From Candidatus Bathyarchaeia archaeon (GTDB lineage Archaea > Thermoproteota > Bathyarchaeia > Bathyarchaeales > Bathycorpusculaceae): a stretch of 64,000 nucleotides of DNA. The stretch lies in assembly GCA_050010755.1 (NCBI GenBank), contig JBEKKK010000003.1, positions 127,194-191,193 on the forward strand. Reading direction: 5' to 3'. The notes under the pieces are model-generated. The model worked only from the letters and a program-made list of their open reading frames with translations. It did no database searches and had not been told where the DNA came from. A program made the translations under genes and the position numbers. Shown in pieces: positions 49,424 to 59,953 of the stretch; the first letter of the stretch is position 1; each line of letters opens with the position of its first letter.

Positions 49424-52114
49424 TTAAGAGGCGTACACGCCAGCCCACATCGAATAGGTCGTAACCGTATTCGATAGGCCCGCTGTCGTGCGTGCTGATG
49501 CGACGGCGCCTGTGAACGTGTCAGTCACTGTGCAGAAGACGTAGGAGCTTCCAGCCGGAGCGGTAAACGTGAATGTTGCTCCTGTTGGGCCCGCTGTCGG
49601 TGCACCTAGCTGACCACTTGCCAACGTTCCATAGTACCAATGTATCACACGGCCAGTCGGGTTTCCGTAGCCTGTAAGAGGCGTTGCGGTAAAGGTTATA
49701 CCAGTTCCTGTAGACACAACGCTTGTGATCGGCTTTATGGTCACCAATGGACCAAATGTGCCGATCGGGCTGGATACACCGAACTGTCTAGCCACGAATG
49801 CAATGGCCTTCATGTTGATTGTTCTGATGTTCACAAGGTCATCCACGAACACCCAGTTTATTGGGATAGGTTCGGTGAAGCTTGAGCCGAACGCACGAGC
49901 GATTGAGGCGATGTCTTTCATGTTGACTGTGCCATCGCGGTTAACGTCTGCGGCCAGATACTCACTGAACGGTTGCGTTGCACTGGCCTGGTTTGCTTCT
50001 GGCACGTAGTAGAACTTGTATTCGTTAAAGTAGTTGTGGCCTGGGTAAATGGGGTTGTAGTACCAGCCCTGAACCCAGTCGTACTCAAAGTGGCGGCCCG
50101 TGGGGGTGATAACCATAACACTCGGGCAGTCAGCAATTGCTAGCTGTGCCACAGCGCTATAGTCTGCAGCTCTCGCTGGACCGTTAGGTAGAGTAATGGC
50201 GTCGTTAATCAGAGCGTCCATCGTGGCGTTAGAGTATAGTTGCCATGAGCTGAATGCGCCTCCAGTGTGGTAGAATGGCAGTGCGAAGTCGTGCGGGTCT
50301 GGGAAGTCAACGAGCCAGCCGATGACATACGTAGATATTTGCTGTGTTTCTGCGGCTAGCAGGTACGGTTTCCAATCGAGGCTTATTATGTTGACGTGGA
50401 AGTTCGGACTTATGCTTTGGATTGCTGTCTGGATCAAAGTGCACAGCTCTTGCCTCTCTCCGTTGCCAGTGTTGTAGGCCAACGTTATGGTGAACCCGTT
50501 GGTCATTAGGTTTGGCCAAGCATTGAAGTATTGAGCTGCCGCTGTCAGGTTGTAGTTGAAGCCCACGATGCTTGCATTATATCCGTACAAGCCTGGAATA
50601 ATGGCTGTTGCGGGTACAATGCCTTCACCCAACGCTGCAACTGCGAGTTCCTGCGCGTAGTTTATACTGTACGCGAAGGCCTTCCTCATGTCGATACCGT
50701 ATGGGTTACCAAACGGCTCGTTTCCGAAGAAGTTGCTCGGAATTCCAGCAGGGTTAAAGGTCGCAGGACCGCCTGACACTGGTGGGTCGATTACTCCGTA
50801 AGGAGTCGCGGTCGATATGTTCATTGTGAAGAACAGACCGTCGACTTCCAGCTCAGCCAGGTTTGCGTAGCAGCGTATGCCAGCATCTGGAAAGTTTGTC
50901 GATGAAGACGGCAATGGATAGTAGCTTCCGGTATAGCCATTCGTGTAGATGTCACCGATGTTAGCAAGTGAAGGAAGCGCCGCAAAGTCACAGTCACCGG
51001 ACTTGAAGAAGCCCTGTGCTGCTGACCATGCGTAGTTCCACGACACTTCAATCGAGTTCGCGTAGCCTGCAACTCCTGCGCCAGCCTCTGTTGGATAGAA
51101 GGCCGGTGCTCCGCCCCACCAGTTGGGGTTTCTGGTTGCAGCCCATTCATTGTGGGTGTAATCCGGTGTGCCTGGCGTCAGGATGAACGGACCAGAACCG
51201 TACTCCATCGGAGTTGGTGTGTCCAACGGCGATAGTGCGGGGTTCCAGAGGGGCACCCATGCTGTCAGGTTCGTGAAGCTTCCGTCCCAGTCGGGGCGGC
51301 CTGCTCCGGCGATGACTTGGTTGTTGATCCACTGCTTGCTCTCTACAGATGACCAGGTCTGGCAGAGAATCTGCAGGAACGGTGCGTAAGCGCCTGGGAA
51401 CATTATGTTGAACCAGACGTCCGTAGCGTTATACTGCACAGAGTCTCTGACCAGTGCGCCAATCTGGGCGTCCATCGCTGTGTTCGCGAAGTCAGTTCTA
51501 TTGAAATATGGCAATCCAGCTAATCCTCCGTATGAAGGATTAATGCCTCCGGCGTTGTCCAGCAAGGGTTCGTCCAACATCCATTGTGGACCACTTGCCC
51601 TGTCCTGGAACAACGTGCGTTGGAAGCTGTATACAACGTCTGCAGTTGTTAGGCTGTAGTTGTAAGGAGGCGCAAACTGGACACCTTGGCGGAGTTTGAA
51701 GTCATACTGCCAGTAATACTGAGCATTTGTCGTGCCATTAAGCTGTGCATTGTTTTCGAAGAGCAATGCGGAAACTGAATCAGAGCTAGGCGGATTCGGA
51801 ACTCCAATGGTAGAATGCCCACTGGTTACCGGCCCATCTGATTCGCTCGTAGCGAGTGCGAAGATGTACGGAGAACTTGAGCTCTCTGCGTTCCACATGA
51901 GCAGCGTGTCCATCGTGTTCTGCAGTATTTCGCCGCTTGCAGTGTCGTAACACCATGAGTAGTCAACGGTCGATGGGTTTCCACCCTGAATGGTGATGTC
52001 GTACAAGTCCATCGGTCTCTTAATCGGCGGTGATGCCATTATCGGCGGTGCTAATATCGCTGATACTCCCAGTAGAAGACCTATGATCAAAGCTATTGGA
52101 ATCATTTTGTTCAT
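49424..52114 (-). CDS. oppA: Family-5 (Opp/Dpp) solute-binding protein with C-terminal dockerin and Ig-like domain
   Basis: YDTASGEILQN, FKLRQGVQF..LTTADVVYSFQR, GSGPF, MRKAFAYS, GWLVDFPDP; then ADVNRDGTVNMKDIASIARAFG. No lipobox and no TM. Confidence 0.9.
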   Translation of the reverse strand: MNKMIPIALIIGLLLGVSAILAPPIMASPPIKRPMDLYDITIQGGNPSTVDYSWCYDTASGEILQNTMDTLLMWNAESSSSPYIFALATSESDGPVTSGHSTIGVPNPPSSDSVSALLFENNAQLNGTTNAQYYWQYDFKLRQGVQFAPPYNYSLTTADVVYSFQRTLFQDRASGPQWMLDEPLLDNAGGINPSYGGLAGLPYFNRTDFANTAMDAQIGALVRDSVQYNATDVWFNIMFPGAYAPFLQILCQTWSSVESKQWINNQVIAGAGRPDWDGSFTNLTAWVPLWNPALSPLDTPTPMEYGSGPFILTPGTPDYTHNEWAATRNPNWWGGAPAFYPTEAGAGVAGYANSIEVSWNYAWSAAQGFFKSGDCDFAALPSLANIGDIYTNGYTGSYYPLPSSSTNFPDAGIRCYANLAELEVDGLFFTMNISTATPYGVIDPPVSGGPATFNPAGIPSNFFGNEPFGNPYGIDMRKAFAYSINYAQELAVAALGEGIVPATAIIPGLYGYNASIVGFNYNLTAAAQYFNAWPNLMTNGFTITLAYNTGNGERQELCTLIQTAIQSISPNFHVNIISLDWKPYLLAAETQQISTYVIGWLVDFPDPHDFALPFYHTGGAFSSWQLYSNATMDALINDAITLPNGPARAADYSAVAQLAIADCPSVMVITPTGRHFEYDWVQGWYYNPIYPGHNYFNEYKFYYVPEANQASATQPFSEYLAADVNRDGTVNMKDIASIARAFGSSFTEPIPINWVFVDDLVNIRTINMKAIAFVARQFGVSSPIGTFGPLVTIKPITSVVSTGTGITFTATPLTGYGNPTGRVIHWYYGTLASGQLGAPTAGPTGATFTFTAPAGSSYVFCTVTDTFTGAVASARTTAGLSNTVTTYSMWAGVYAS

Positions 52115-52169
52115 TCTTTTCTCTCCTTTCTCATTTTTTCAGCGTTAAAAACCTACTAGAAAGCAGTAT

Positions 52170-52457
52170 TTAATCCTTGTGGAACAATGTTTCAGTAGAA
52201 ACTTCGCAAAAAAACTTGCGCGCAACATCGTTCGACAAGTCATCCTCAGCCTCTTCATCCTCTTCAGACTTGTCGGAAACCCATTTCCTATAGGTTCTCA
52301 GAATGAGCCAGAGAGCCAGAACCACTATAAGCGCAAGGACAGCCGAACCTGGCGAAAAAGCAAAAATCAACTCCACAAGCACGAAAGCCCCCAAAACCCC
52401 CACCAATATCGTAAAGAAAAGCATCCAGAACCATTTTTGCTTAAGAGGCCAAGTCAA
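52170..52457 (-). CDS. Small 2-TM membrane protein
   Basis: Two hydrophobic helices, then an acidic tail whose end overlaps the oppA promoter. Confidence 0.6.
   Translation of the reverse strand: MTWPLKQKWFWMLFFTILVGVLGAFVLVELIFAFSPGSAVLALIVVLALWLILRTYRKWVSDKSEEDEEAEDDLSNDVARKFFCEVSTETLFHKD
52180..52194 (-). promoter_or_regulatory. Candidate operator TGGAA-CAATG-TTTCA (plus-strand spelling)
   Basis: Motif lies 5 bp upstream of TATA box ATTAAATA of oppA. Confidence 0.6.
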
Positions 52458-52936
52458 CTCAGAACATCGTACAAAATGAACCAGTTCTCAGCATATATCT
52501 GTTTCTGACACCAACATCATCGCCCCCAAATCACCGTCACCACAGAAATGTCTGAGCTGCTCGACTCATCATGTTAAAAGCCAAACATACGAGCGAACGA
52601 ACGAAGGTCATACAGATAAAACTGCCAACCCCCCCTAAAAGGCGCCAGAGCGATGCCGAATTCTGGAGTATCAAATGAACTGCTTAACCATGCTTTAGGC
52701 CAGTTGAGTGAACGCCGATGATTTCAATGTCAGAAGAGTCCAATTTTTGCCAAGAATCGCCGAGAAACACGATTCGCTTCGGAAAAACCAACGCACACCC
52801 AAAAATCAAACATACTCGAACCGGGAACATACGCTAAACTGCTGTTTTTCGGAAACACGGCTCTTCCCAACATATTATCAAAAGGTTTATTTCGTCCGCT
52901 CGGCTCAGGTAAATTATTGCTGACGAGTGAACATCA

Positions 52937-53488
52937 ATGACAGATAAAAGCAGCAGACGAAAAGCGTCAAAAAAGAACAAATGGCTACTTGTTTCTGCCA
53001 TCGTCATCTTTCTTGTTCTAATATCTGCACTGGCCGCTTACAGCTACATAAATCAAATGGACAAGAAACCAGTTATTTATCCTTCAAGCACATACTTTGC
53101 CATTTCAGACCTTGCTGGAACCTTTCAAACGACAGGAATCGCATACAACGGCACGGGCACCCCCCCTGCTTCAGTCCTCGTAAACGAACTGGCCTTCAAC
53201 TTCACACCGGTCGGAGGAGACGCAGACAACGTTAGAATATTCATGCCAGGAATGACCGACCCAGAACAAACATGGTGGATAACCCCGATAAAAAACGGCA
53301 CTTCAACCTACTCTGGAGAGATCCAACTCGGATCACCAGTTGAAGTCCAGAGAGAAGCTGATGGGACATACAACTTTCCAATACGAATCGCCGCTGACGA
53401 GGCCAACGGAACAGTAATACTGAACTTCGACCCGAACGCGAACACGCCGGGATACAACTTCGTCTGGGTTGGACAGCGCAGCGTATAG
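52937..53488 (+). CDS. Hypothetical N-terminally anchored membrane protein
   Basis: Basic N-terminus, one TM, beta-rich ectodomain. Confidence 0.75.
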   Translation: MTDKSSRRKASKKNKWLLVSAIVIFLVLISALAAYSYINQMDKKPVIYPSSTYFAISDLAGTFQTTGIAYNGTGTPPASVLVNELAFNFTPVGGDADNVRIFMPGMTDPEQTWWITPIKNGTSTYSGEIQLGSPVEVQREADGTYNFPIRIAADEANGTVILNFDPNANTPGYNFVWVGQRSV

Positions 53489-53949
53489 TGATTGACGTCA
53501 GCATTCACGAGGAAACCAAACCAGATGAGCGAGGCATAGCCCGAGTGCAAAAAAATTTTAGAGACCTGAACGTCAGCCTGCCGGATCTCGTAAAAGAGAT
53601 AATCGAGTTTTTCGAGTCAGAAAAGTTCGACAACGTCACAGCCCTCAAAACGGAAACCGGCTACGAAATAATAGCCGGAGACTCCCACAACTACAAAATG
53701 GAAACCGACGTGCAAGTCACCATCGAAGGAACACCAGACGATTTCACATTAGCCCTGACCCAGTGCAAAGAAGAAAAAACCCACACCACAGCCCCAATGA
53801 TGCTCGCCCAAATGTTCGGCCTCGGCTACCTCTACCTCAAAAGCGTGAGGTCTCAAGAAGCAATACAGAAGCTTGAAACAAACTTCAGGAAAAAATTAGG
53901 CGGCATGATATCCCAAACCCAACAAGACCGAGAGATAAGAAACCCGTAA
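53488..53949 (+). CDS. Hypothetical protein
   Basis: 153-aa ORF overlapping the previous stop. Confidence 0.7.
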   Translation: MIDVSIHEETKPDERGIARVQKNFRDLNVSLPDLVKEIIEFFESEKFDNVTALKTETGYEIIAGDSHNYKMETDVQVTIEGTPDDFTLALTQCKEEKTHTTAPMMLAQMFGLGYLYLKSVRSQEAIQKLETNFRKKLGGMISQTQQDREIRNP

Positions 53950-54092
53950 CCAGCAAGAACGCCTCAAACAAGCGCCAGATAAGAACACGCGATAAAAAAA
54001 CCCCCACAGACGGCGCAGGGAATAATAAACGACAACGATTTATATTCGAAAAAGCCTATTAACCAGTAGAGAGGCGGGAGAGTCGATATCCA

Positions 54093-54356
54093 ATGGTCAG
54101 TTTGATGGTTGAAATCAACTGCCAAGACTCCGGCATAGAAAGATACAAAGTGAAAATCATAAAGAAATACAACATAAGACAAGGACAAATCCTGCCGAAG
54201 TTCAGAAGCAGACCAGCACACGAACTTAGCGGCATCGTCATCGGAAAAAGCATAAGCTACGAAACCGCCAAAGAATACCTCGAACGCTACTTATACCAAA
54301 ACCAACAAATGAGCGAACGAACACGCGTGCTCATGAGCGTCAGGCTCCTCAAGTAA
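54093..54356 (+). CDS. Hypothetical small protein
   Basis: 87-aa ORF with codon usage like its neighbours; start may be the second Met. Confidence 0.65.
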   Translation: MVSLMVEINCQDSGIERYKVKIIKKYNIRQGQILPKFRSRPAHELSGIVIGKSISYETAKEYLERYLYQNQQMSERTRVLMSVRLLK

Positions 54357-54696
54357 AACATCACCCTGACGTATCACCTTCCAAAACCCCGCCCCAAACG
54401 GGCGCAAGTCAAGCACCCAGCCTCTAATTCAGTTCTATCAAATCCTTTTCAAGCACTCTGATCGAATCGCGCCCGCAGTCTCCAATCTAAAAAAGACCCC
54501 TTTGAACCTTGCTCCTTCAAACCAAATTGGACAAGCGCGCGCAAATCAGCGGTTAACACGTGCGCTCTACTCCCCGATACTAACGCACAAAGCCGGATCG
54601 AGCCGTTTCAGCAAGGGTTCACATGCGCACAGTTTCTCAGCGTCCGCAAATCATATTTCCCAAATGCTTTCATATCTGACTAACCTGGCGAAACGC

Positions 54697-57468
54697 TTGA
54701 AAAAATTCGTTCTGGGAACAGTGGCAATCCTTCTTCTGGGACTGAGTTTCTACACAAGCTTTTCACGTGCAGACGCAACCACGATGTCAGTCACGCCCGC
54801 ACAGATAACGGTCACGCCTGGCCAATCTTTCACAATCAACGTGACCGTAAACAACGTCAACAACCTGAACTCGTGGCAAATCGACCTAAAATACAACGCC
54901 TCAATAATCAACTGCACCGCAGCATGGATTCCCCAAGACAATGTTTTCGATAACCAGCCAACAATCCCAGTTCCCCCCCTCCTGAACGCGCCCACCCTCG
55001 ACGGCTACAACTACTCAGAGTACGGCCTCGCGCTGTTCTCCGGCTCAACAAACGTGAGCGAGGGCATTCTGTGCAGCCTCAACTTCACCTGCCAAGCATA
55101 CGGCTCAGCGCCCCTGCAAATAGCAACCGCCTCAAACCCCGTCGAGACCGGCAACTTCTACTCTCCAACACAACATTATTCTTTCCTCTTGGACCCTGAC
55201 GTAAGCGAAATACCGTTCGCCAACCAAGACGGGCAAATAACGAATGGTTTGCAGCAGATCCTTACAATCATCTCAGCACCCGATGGAACTACTTCTCCCC
55301 CGCCCGGAAACTACTCCTACACCTACGGAGACAACGCCTCAGTGACAGCAATTCCAGACACCGGCTACATCTTAAACAATTGGAAACTCGACAACAGCAC
55401 GTTCGGATCCGCAAACCCCGCCACAATCCTTATGGACACCAACCATACGCTACAGCCAATGTTCGTTCAGGCAAACTGCACGCTAATCATAAACGGAGCG
55501 ACCGGAGGCAACACAAGCCTCCCGCCAGGAACATACACCTACATTGCGGGACAAACGGTCAACGTCTCCGCCACGGCCGATAACGGCTACGCATTCAGCT
55601 ATTGGATGCTCGACGGCTCAGAGGCAGGCTCAGCAAACCCCCTGGCCATCAGCATGAGCGCTAATCACACACTCGCACCAGTTTTCACCTCAACAAGCTA
55701 CGAGTACGTCTACATCAGGACTGACGGCAGCATCGATCCTCCAATAGCCCCGCTCTTAACCTCAGACAACATCACATACCAGATAACTGCCGACCTGAAC
55801 TCCACGTTAACAGTCCAGAGAAGCAACATAGTCATCGATGGAGATGGCCACACGCTCCAAGGCAGCGGAAACGGAGAAGGCATCAGACTGATAGCAGTAA
55901 ACAACGTCTCCATCACCGACATCAACATAACAGGCTTCGACAACGGCGCCGACCTCTCAGAAACATCCCAGGATTCAATCTCAGAGACCAACATAACAGC
56001 AAACAACGGGGTAGGCATCAGCCTCTACGACTCATCCAACAACACGATTTGCAGAGACAACATTAACGCGAACGAAGGCGGTGCCCTACGTCTTGACTAC
56101 ATGTCCAACTACAACAGCATTCTGGGAAACAACATAATAAACAACGGTTACGTAGGCATCTACGTCGACTCTTCCTCAGCCAACCTCTTTTGTGACAATA
56201 ACATCATAAACAACACCATCCAAGCCCAAGTAGCCGCAAACGGGTACCCGCCCGTCAATTCTTGGGACAACGGCATAGAGGGCAATTATTGGAGCGACTA
56301 CCTCGGAGCCGACTCCCACCTAAACGGAATAGGCGACCAACCCTACACCGTAGCCGAAAACAACACCGATCGCTTCCCACTCATGGGCCTCTTCTCAAGC
56401 TTCAACGCGCCGCAAGGCTATTCGCTTAGCCTAGTCTCGAACTCCACGATAACGGATTTCAGCTACTCAAATTCAACCAGAAAAATAAGCTTCAACACCC
56501 AAGGCGAAAGCGGCACGACAGGCTTCTGCGCGCTGACGATTCCCCACGCCCTCATAAACGCAGGTCACATGCAAGTACTCATAGACAACGGAAGCAACCC
56601 GATACTGTACTCAAACCTCGACCTCCGCGACAACACGACCCACAGATGGATATACTTCTCATACAAACAGTCAACCCACACCGTCACAATCCAAGAAGAC
56701 TGGACACCTCCCACAATTATCCTGCTGTCCCCCGAAAACACAACATACGCCGCAAACCATGTTTCCTTAAACTACACCGTGAGCGAACAAATGTCCTGGG
56801 AAGGGTACAGCCTCGACGGCTCAGCCAACGCCACGATAATCGGAAACCAGACCCTCACCAACATCCCTGACGGCTTCCACTCGATAATCGTCTACGGCAA
56901 CGACACGCAAGATAACATGGGTTCCTCAAAAACCATCCAGTTCACAATCGACACAACACCCCCCAGCATAACCAAGATACTGCAAAACCCAGAAAACGAA
57001 GTGTCGCCGAACGAACCAGTAACCATCACCGCCACAGTAACCGACAACACCAGCGGAGTCAAAAACGTAACCCTGAACTACACATACACGAACGGATCCG
57101 CAACAGTCGCAAACCTTCTTGCAATGCAAAACGTTCAGGGAAACACTTGGAACGCCACTATACCCGGCTTCTCATATGGCACGAACGTAACCTACACGAT
57201 AACCGCTGAAGACAACGCGGGCAACACCAACACAACACAAGGGACAGGACAAGCCTATCAATACGAAATACTGCCCGAAATCCCAGCCCTGTTCACTCTG
57301 CCACTTCTGATAATCATCTCACTACTAACGACGACGCTCATGAAAAGAAAAACCGCAACCGTACACCGTACCCGAAACACACTATACTTTCATCCAACAC
57401 CCAACACCATTTCTAACTCGCCACCTCGAGATTCGTGCGCCCCTGAGAAAATCCGACCTTCTGAATAG
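54697..57468 (+). CDS. Cohesin + InlB-B repeats + NosD beta-helix + Ig-like protein with PE(I)-CTERM-like anchor
   Basis: Cohesin GQSFTINVTVNNVNNLNSWQIDLKYN..LCSLNF; GNYWSDY; ILPEIP + TM + KRK. TTG start chosen (ORF track start 54502). Confidence 0.85.
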   Translation: MKKFVLGTVAILLLGLSFYTSFSRADATTMSVTPAQITVTPGQSFTINVTVNNVNNLNSWQIDLKYNASIINCTAAWIPQDNVFDNQPTIPVPPLLNAPTLDGYNYSEYGLALFSGSTNVSEGILCSLNFTCQAYGSAPLQIATASNPVETGNFYSPTQHYSFLLDPDVSEIPFANQDGQITNGLQQILTIISAPDGTTSPPPGNYSYTYGDNASVTAIPDTGYILNNWKLDNSTFGSANPATILMDTNHTLQPMFVQANCTLIINGATGGNTSLPPGTYTYIAGQTVNVSATADNGYAFSYWMLDGSEAGSANPLAISMSANHTLAPVFTSTSYEYVYIRTDGSIDPPIAPLLTSDNITYQITADLNSTLTVQRSNIVIDGDGHTLQGSGNGEGIRLIAVNNVSITDINITGFDNGADLSETSQDSISETNITANNGVGISLYDSSNNTICRDNINANEGGALRLDYMSNYNSILGNNIINNGYVGIYVDSSSANLFCDNNIINNTIQAQVAANGYPPVNSWDNGIEGNYWSDYLGADSHLNGIGDQPYTVAENNTDRFPLMGLFSSFNAPQGYSLSLVSNSTITDFSYSNSTRKISFNTQGESGTTGFCALTIPHALINAGHMQVLIDNGSNPILYSNLDLRDNTTHRWIYFSYKQSTHTVTIQEDWTPPTIILLSPENTTYAANHVSLNYTVSEQMSWEGYSLDGSANATIIGNQTLTNIPDGFHSIIVYGNDTQDNMGSSKTIQFTIDTTPPSITKILQNPENEVSPNEPVTITATVTDNTSGVKNVTLNYTYTNGSATVANLLAMQNVQGNTWNATIPGFSYGTNVTYTITAEDNAGNTNTTQGTGQAYQYEILPEIPALFTLPLLIIISLLTTTLMKRKTATVHRTRNTLYFHPTPNTISNSPPRDSCAPEKIRPSE

Positions 57469-57553
57469 ACCTCAATGTTCTCCAACCGTTTAAAGAGCAC
57501 ATCCGCAAGAAAAACCCTCATCTGCCCATATTTTCTCAGATCTTCTCTCAGAC

Positions 57554-59485
57554 CTATTGAGAATAGTACTTATTAAGATCACGCATGTAGATGACTCTCT
57601 TCACCAAGAACACAATCAAGAAAGCAGCCGTCAAGAATAAGGCCACATCTGGGATAGCTCCCCCAAAAACCACCGGGCCGTTGATCGTCGACGGCACACG
57701 TCCACCTTCTGAAATTTCGGCCTTGAGCAAACCTAGGCTGGTGAAGGGTATGCCAAAGCATTCGGTGAGCAGAATCGCCGGGTATCCTTGGTCGGTGATT
57801 TCAGTCTCCACAAACACTGAATGCACTGCAAGTGACGCAACCAAGAAAATCAAGGTCAAAAGGACAATAATCATGACCTCTTTCCCGCCGATTAAAGAGG
57901 TAACATCGTGCGTAAAGCCCTTGAGAAGAATCCTTAAGCGGGATTGGAACAAATACACAGCGGCCACACTCGTCACGGCGACCGCCGCAAAGGAAATGTA
58001 GAGTTCTTCAAGAAATGGACTGAAAATCGTGGATAAAACCCGCATTATCGAAAGCCCAGCAGCCTGCGTTTGACTCTCAAGATCGGCCGCTGTAACCCAC
58101 CCGGCGGTGGATGAGGTATCATTTTCAGTGTTTATCCAATCCAGCGGTGACGAACTAATCATGATGCTCGACTTCACGCGCGACCCGTTCACGTCCTCTA
58201 TCCCAGATGTCCCTCCCCAGAGCGAACTGTAAATCTTATCGGCCAAGGCAGGATTTCTGAAAGTCTCCTGATCCGAGCCTCCCGTGTTTATCACGCTCAC
58301 GGTCAAGCCCAAATCAGCAGCCGCGCCCGTGACAATACTCTGCAAATTCAGTCCATTATCATCTGGAAACGTTTGCGAAACCGTCATCATCTGACTTCCC
58401 AGCGAGTCCAAGTTAATCACGGCGACAATGTTGTTCATCTCGGACTCGTGCTGCTTAACATAATTTACCGAACCCGCAAACCCGAGATCCCCACCGGCGA
58501 AGGCTACGAAAACAAGCGTGTACTGTGGCTTGTATTCGCCCTCTCGCTCAGCCTCAGAAAAAACCCTAGCCAACTCTAACACAGCCGCCGTTCCTGAACC
58601 GTCACCGCAAAACCCCGCGTTCATAACAGTGTCATAATGCGCCGAGACTACAATCATCTTCTGGGGATCCACGGAGCCAGGAAGCTCCGCGACGATGTTG
58701 TAATGCGTACCCTGTCCGATTGCAGCAGGAATGGAAACGAAGGCGGAAACGTTCTCCTCAGCCATCATCGCACCGATCGAGGCGCTGTCGCTGGAATCGA
58801 TCCAGCCGACGGGAATCTTCATGTTCCAATAATCCATGCCTCCGTGAGGGCTGAACAGCTCTGGCCCATCTGCAACCGTAAATATTATGGCCGCGGGCGT
58901 TTGAGAGTTTATCTTGGCCAAAAATTGCAGGGCAAACTCAGATGGAACGTTGTCTGGGACGAGCAAGACCGTGCCAGTGCTGTCCAACGCGAGCCAAACG
59001 CCTGGATCGTAGTACGGGGGCAACGCCACGACGCTCGCGTTGACTCCCCCTTTAGGAGTGGGCCAACTGTAATGTTCACACTGAAAAGAGCTTATCGCAA
59101 CCTGAGAACTCGAAACGTTCAAGCCTCCGTAGCCGTACACCACAAGAGTCGGCTGCGCCAAGAGACCCCAAGTTGTCAAATTGAAAGTCTCATTACTAGT
59201 TTCAAGCCCGAACCCCTCGAACTGCTGTTGAATCCAACCTGCCGCCGCCTCTGCCCCTGGCGAACCGGACGAGCGAAACGTGTAGCCCGACAAGCTCTGA
59301 TTCAAAGCAATATTCTCCAGCTGCAAATCATAATTGTATATGTTCGTACCATTTATCTGTGAAACGATCTCAGACTCGACCGACGACAAGTGCGAATAAT
59401 CGCTGGTCGCCGACACCACTACAAAATTCGTCAGTATCAAAGCTAGCACACAGAAGACAGCAATCCCCAAACCGGCGAACTTCAA
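57554..59485 (-). CDS. M28 aminopeptidase-like protein (PA-like insert, C-terminal TMs) with degenerate active site
   Basis: NIVAELPG..IVVSAHYDT, AVLELAR, AVINLDSLG, GSDQETF; the canonical EE and final His are missing. TTG start at 59485 after GGGGGA. Confidence 0.82.
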   Translation of the reverse strand: MKFAGLGIAVFCVLALILTNFVVVSATSDYSHLSSVESEIVSQINGTNIYNYDLQLENIALNQSLSGYTFRSSGSPGAEAAAGWIQQQFEGFGLETSNETFNLTTWGLLAQPTLVVYGYGGLNVSSSQVAISSFQCEHYSWPTPKGGVNASVVALPPYYDPGVWLALDSTGTVLLVPDNVPSEFALQFLAKINSQTPAAIIFTVADGPELFSPHGGMDYWNMKIPVGWIDSSDSASIGAMMAEENVSAFVSIPAAIGQGTHYNIVAELPGSVDPQKMIVVSAHYDTVMNAGFCGDGSGTAAVLELARVFSEAEREGEYKPQYTLVFVAFAGGDLGFAGSVNYVKQHESEMNNIVAVINLDSLGSQMMTVSQTFPDDNGLNLQSIVTGAAADLGLTVSVINTGGSDQETFRNPALADKIYSSLWGGTSGIEDVNGSRVKSSIMISSSPLDWINTENDTSSTAGWVTAADLESQTQAAGLSIMRVLSTIFSPFLEELYISFAAVAVTSVAAVYLFQSRLRILLKGFTHDVTSLIGGKEVMIIVLLTLIFLVASLAVHSVFVETEITDQGYPAILLTECFGIPFTSLGLLKAEISEGGRVPSTINGPVVFGGAIPDVALFLTAAFLIVFLVKRVIYMRDLNKYYSQ

Positions 59486-59953
59486 ACAGTCCCCCGTACA
59501 CGAGTGCAAAACCCAACTTTTAGGCTTAACTGAACGCAGATCGAAAAAGCTCTCATAAACCTACGACACAAAACACGCAAGCACTAGCTTTCATACGGTT
59601 GGGACAACGGGCTTGGGAAAAAGAATATCGAAACGCTCATCTTATGCAAGTCACATTCATGAAAGGCCGCAAAGAGCCGGTAAAGACAAATACAACAGAC
59701 CCAACAGCAGATTCAGCGAAGAATTTCACCAAACGGGTGGGCTCAAATGCGTGGAGAGTCTGTTGCGCATTGGAGAATGGAAAAGCAAATGTCTCCGCAC
59801 ACCTTGCCTCTTCACGTGGGAACGGCTTAGGAATGAAATCAGTACCGGCAGGGTCAAGAATTCCAAAGACAGCGAAATAGGGGAAAGACAGTTTTCAGGG
59901 TTTGAGAAGAACGAGTAAGCTTAGAATCAAGAGAAAAAAGAGGTTGTTGGTGG

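Noticed and set aside
59599-59918. Short + strand ORFs, possibly a decayed gene fragment
   Set aside because: No family could be assigned with confidence.
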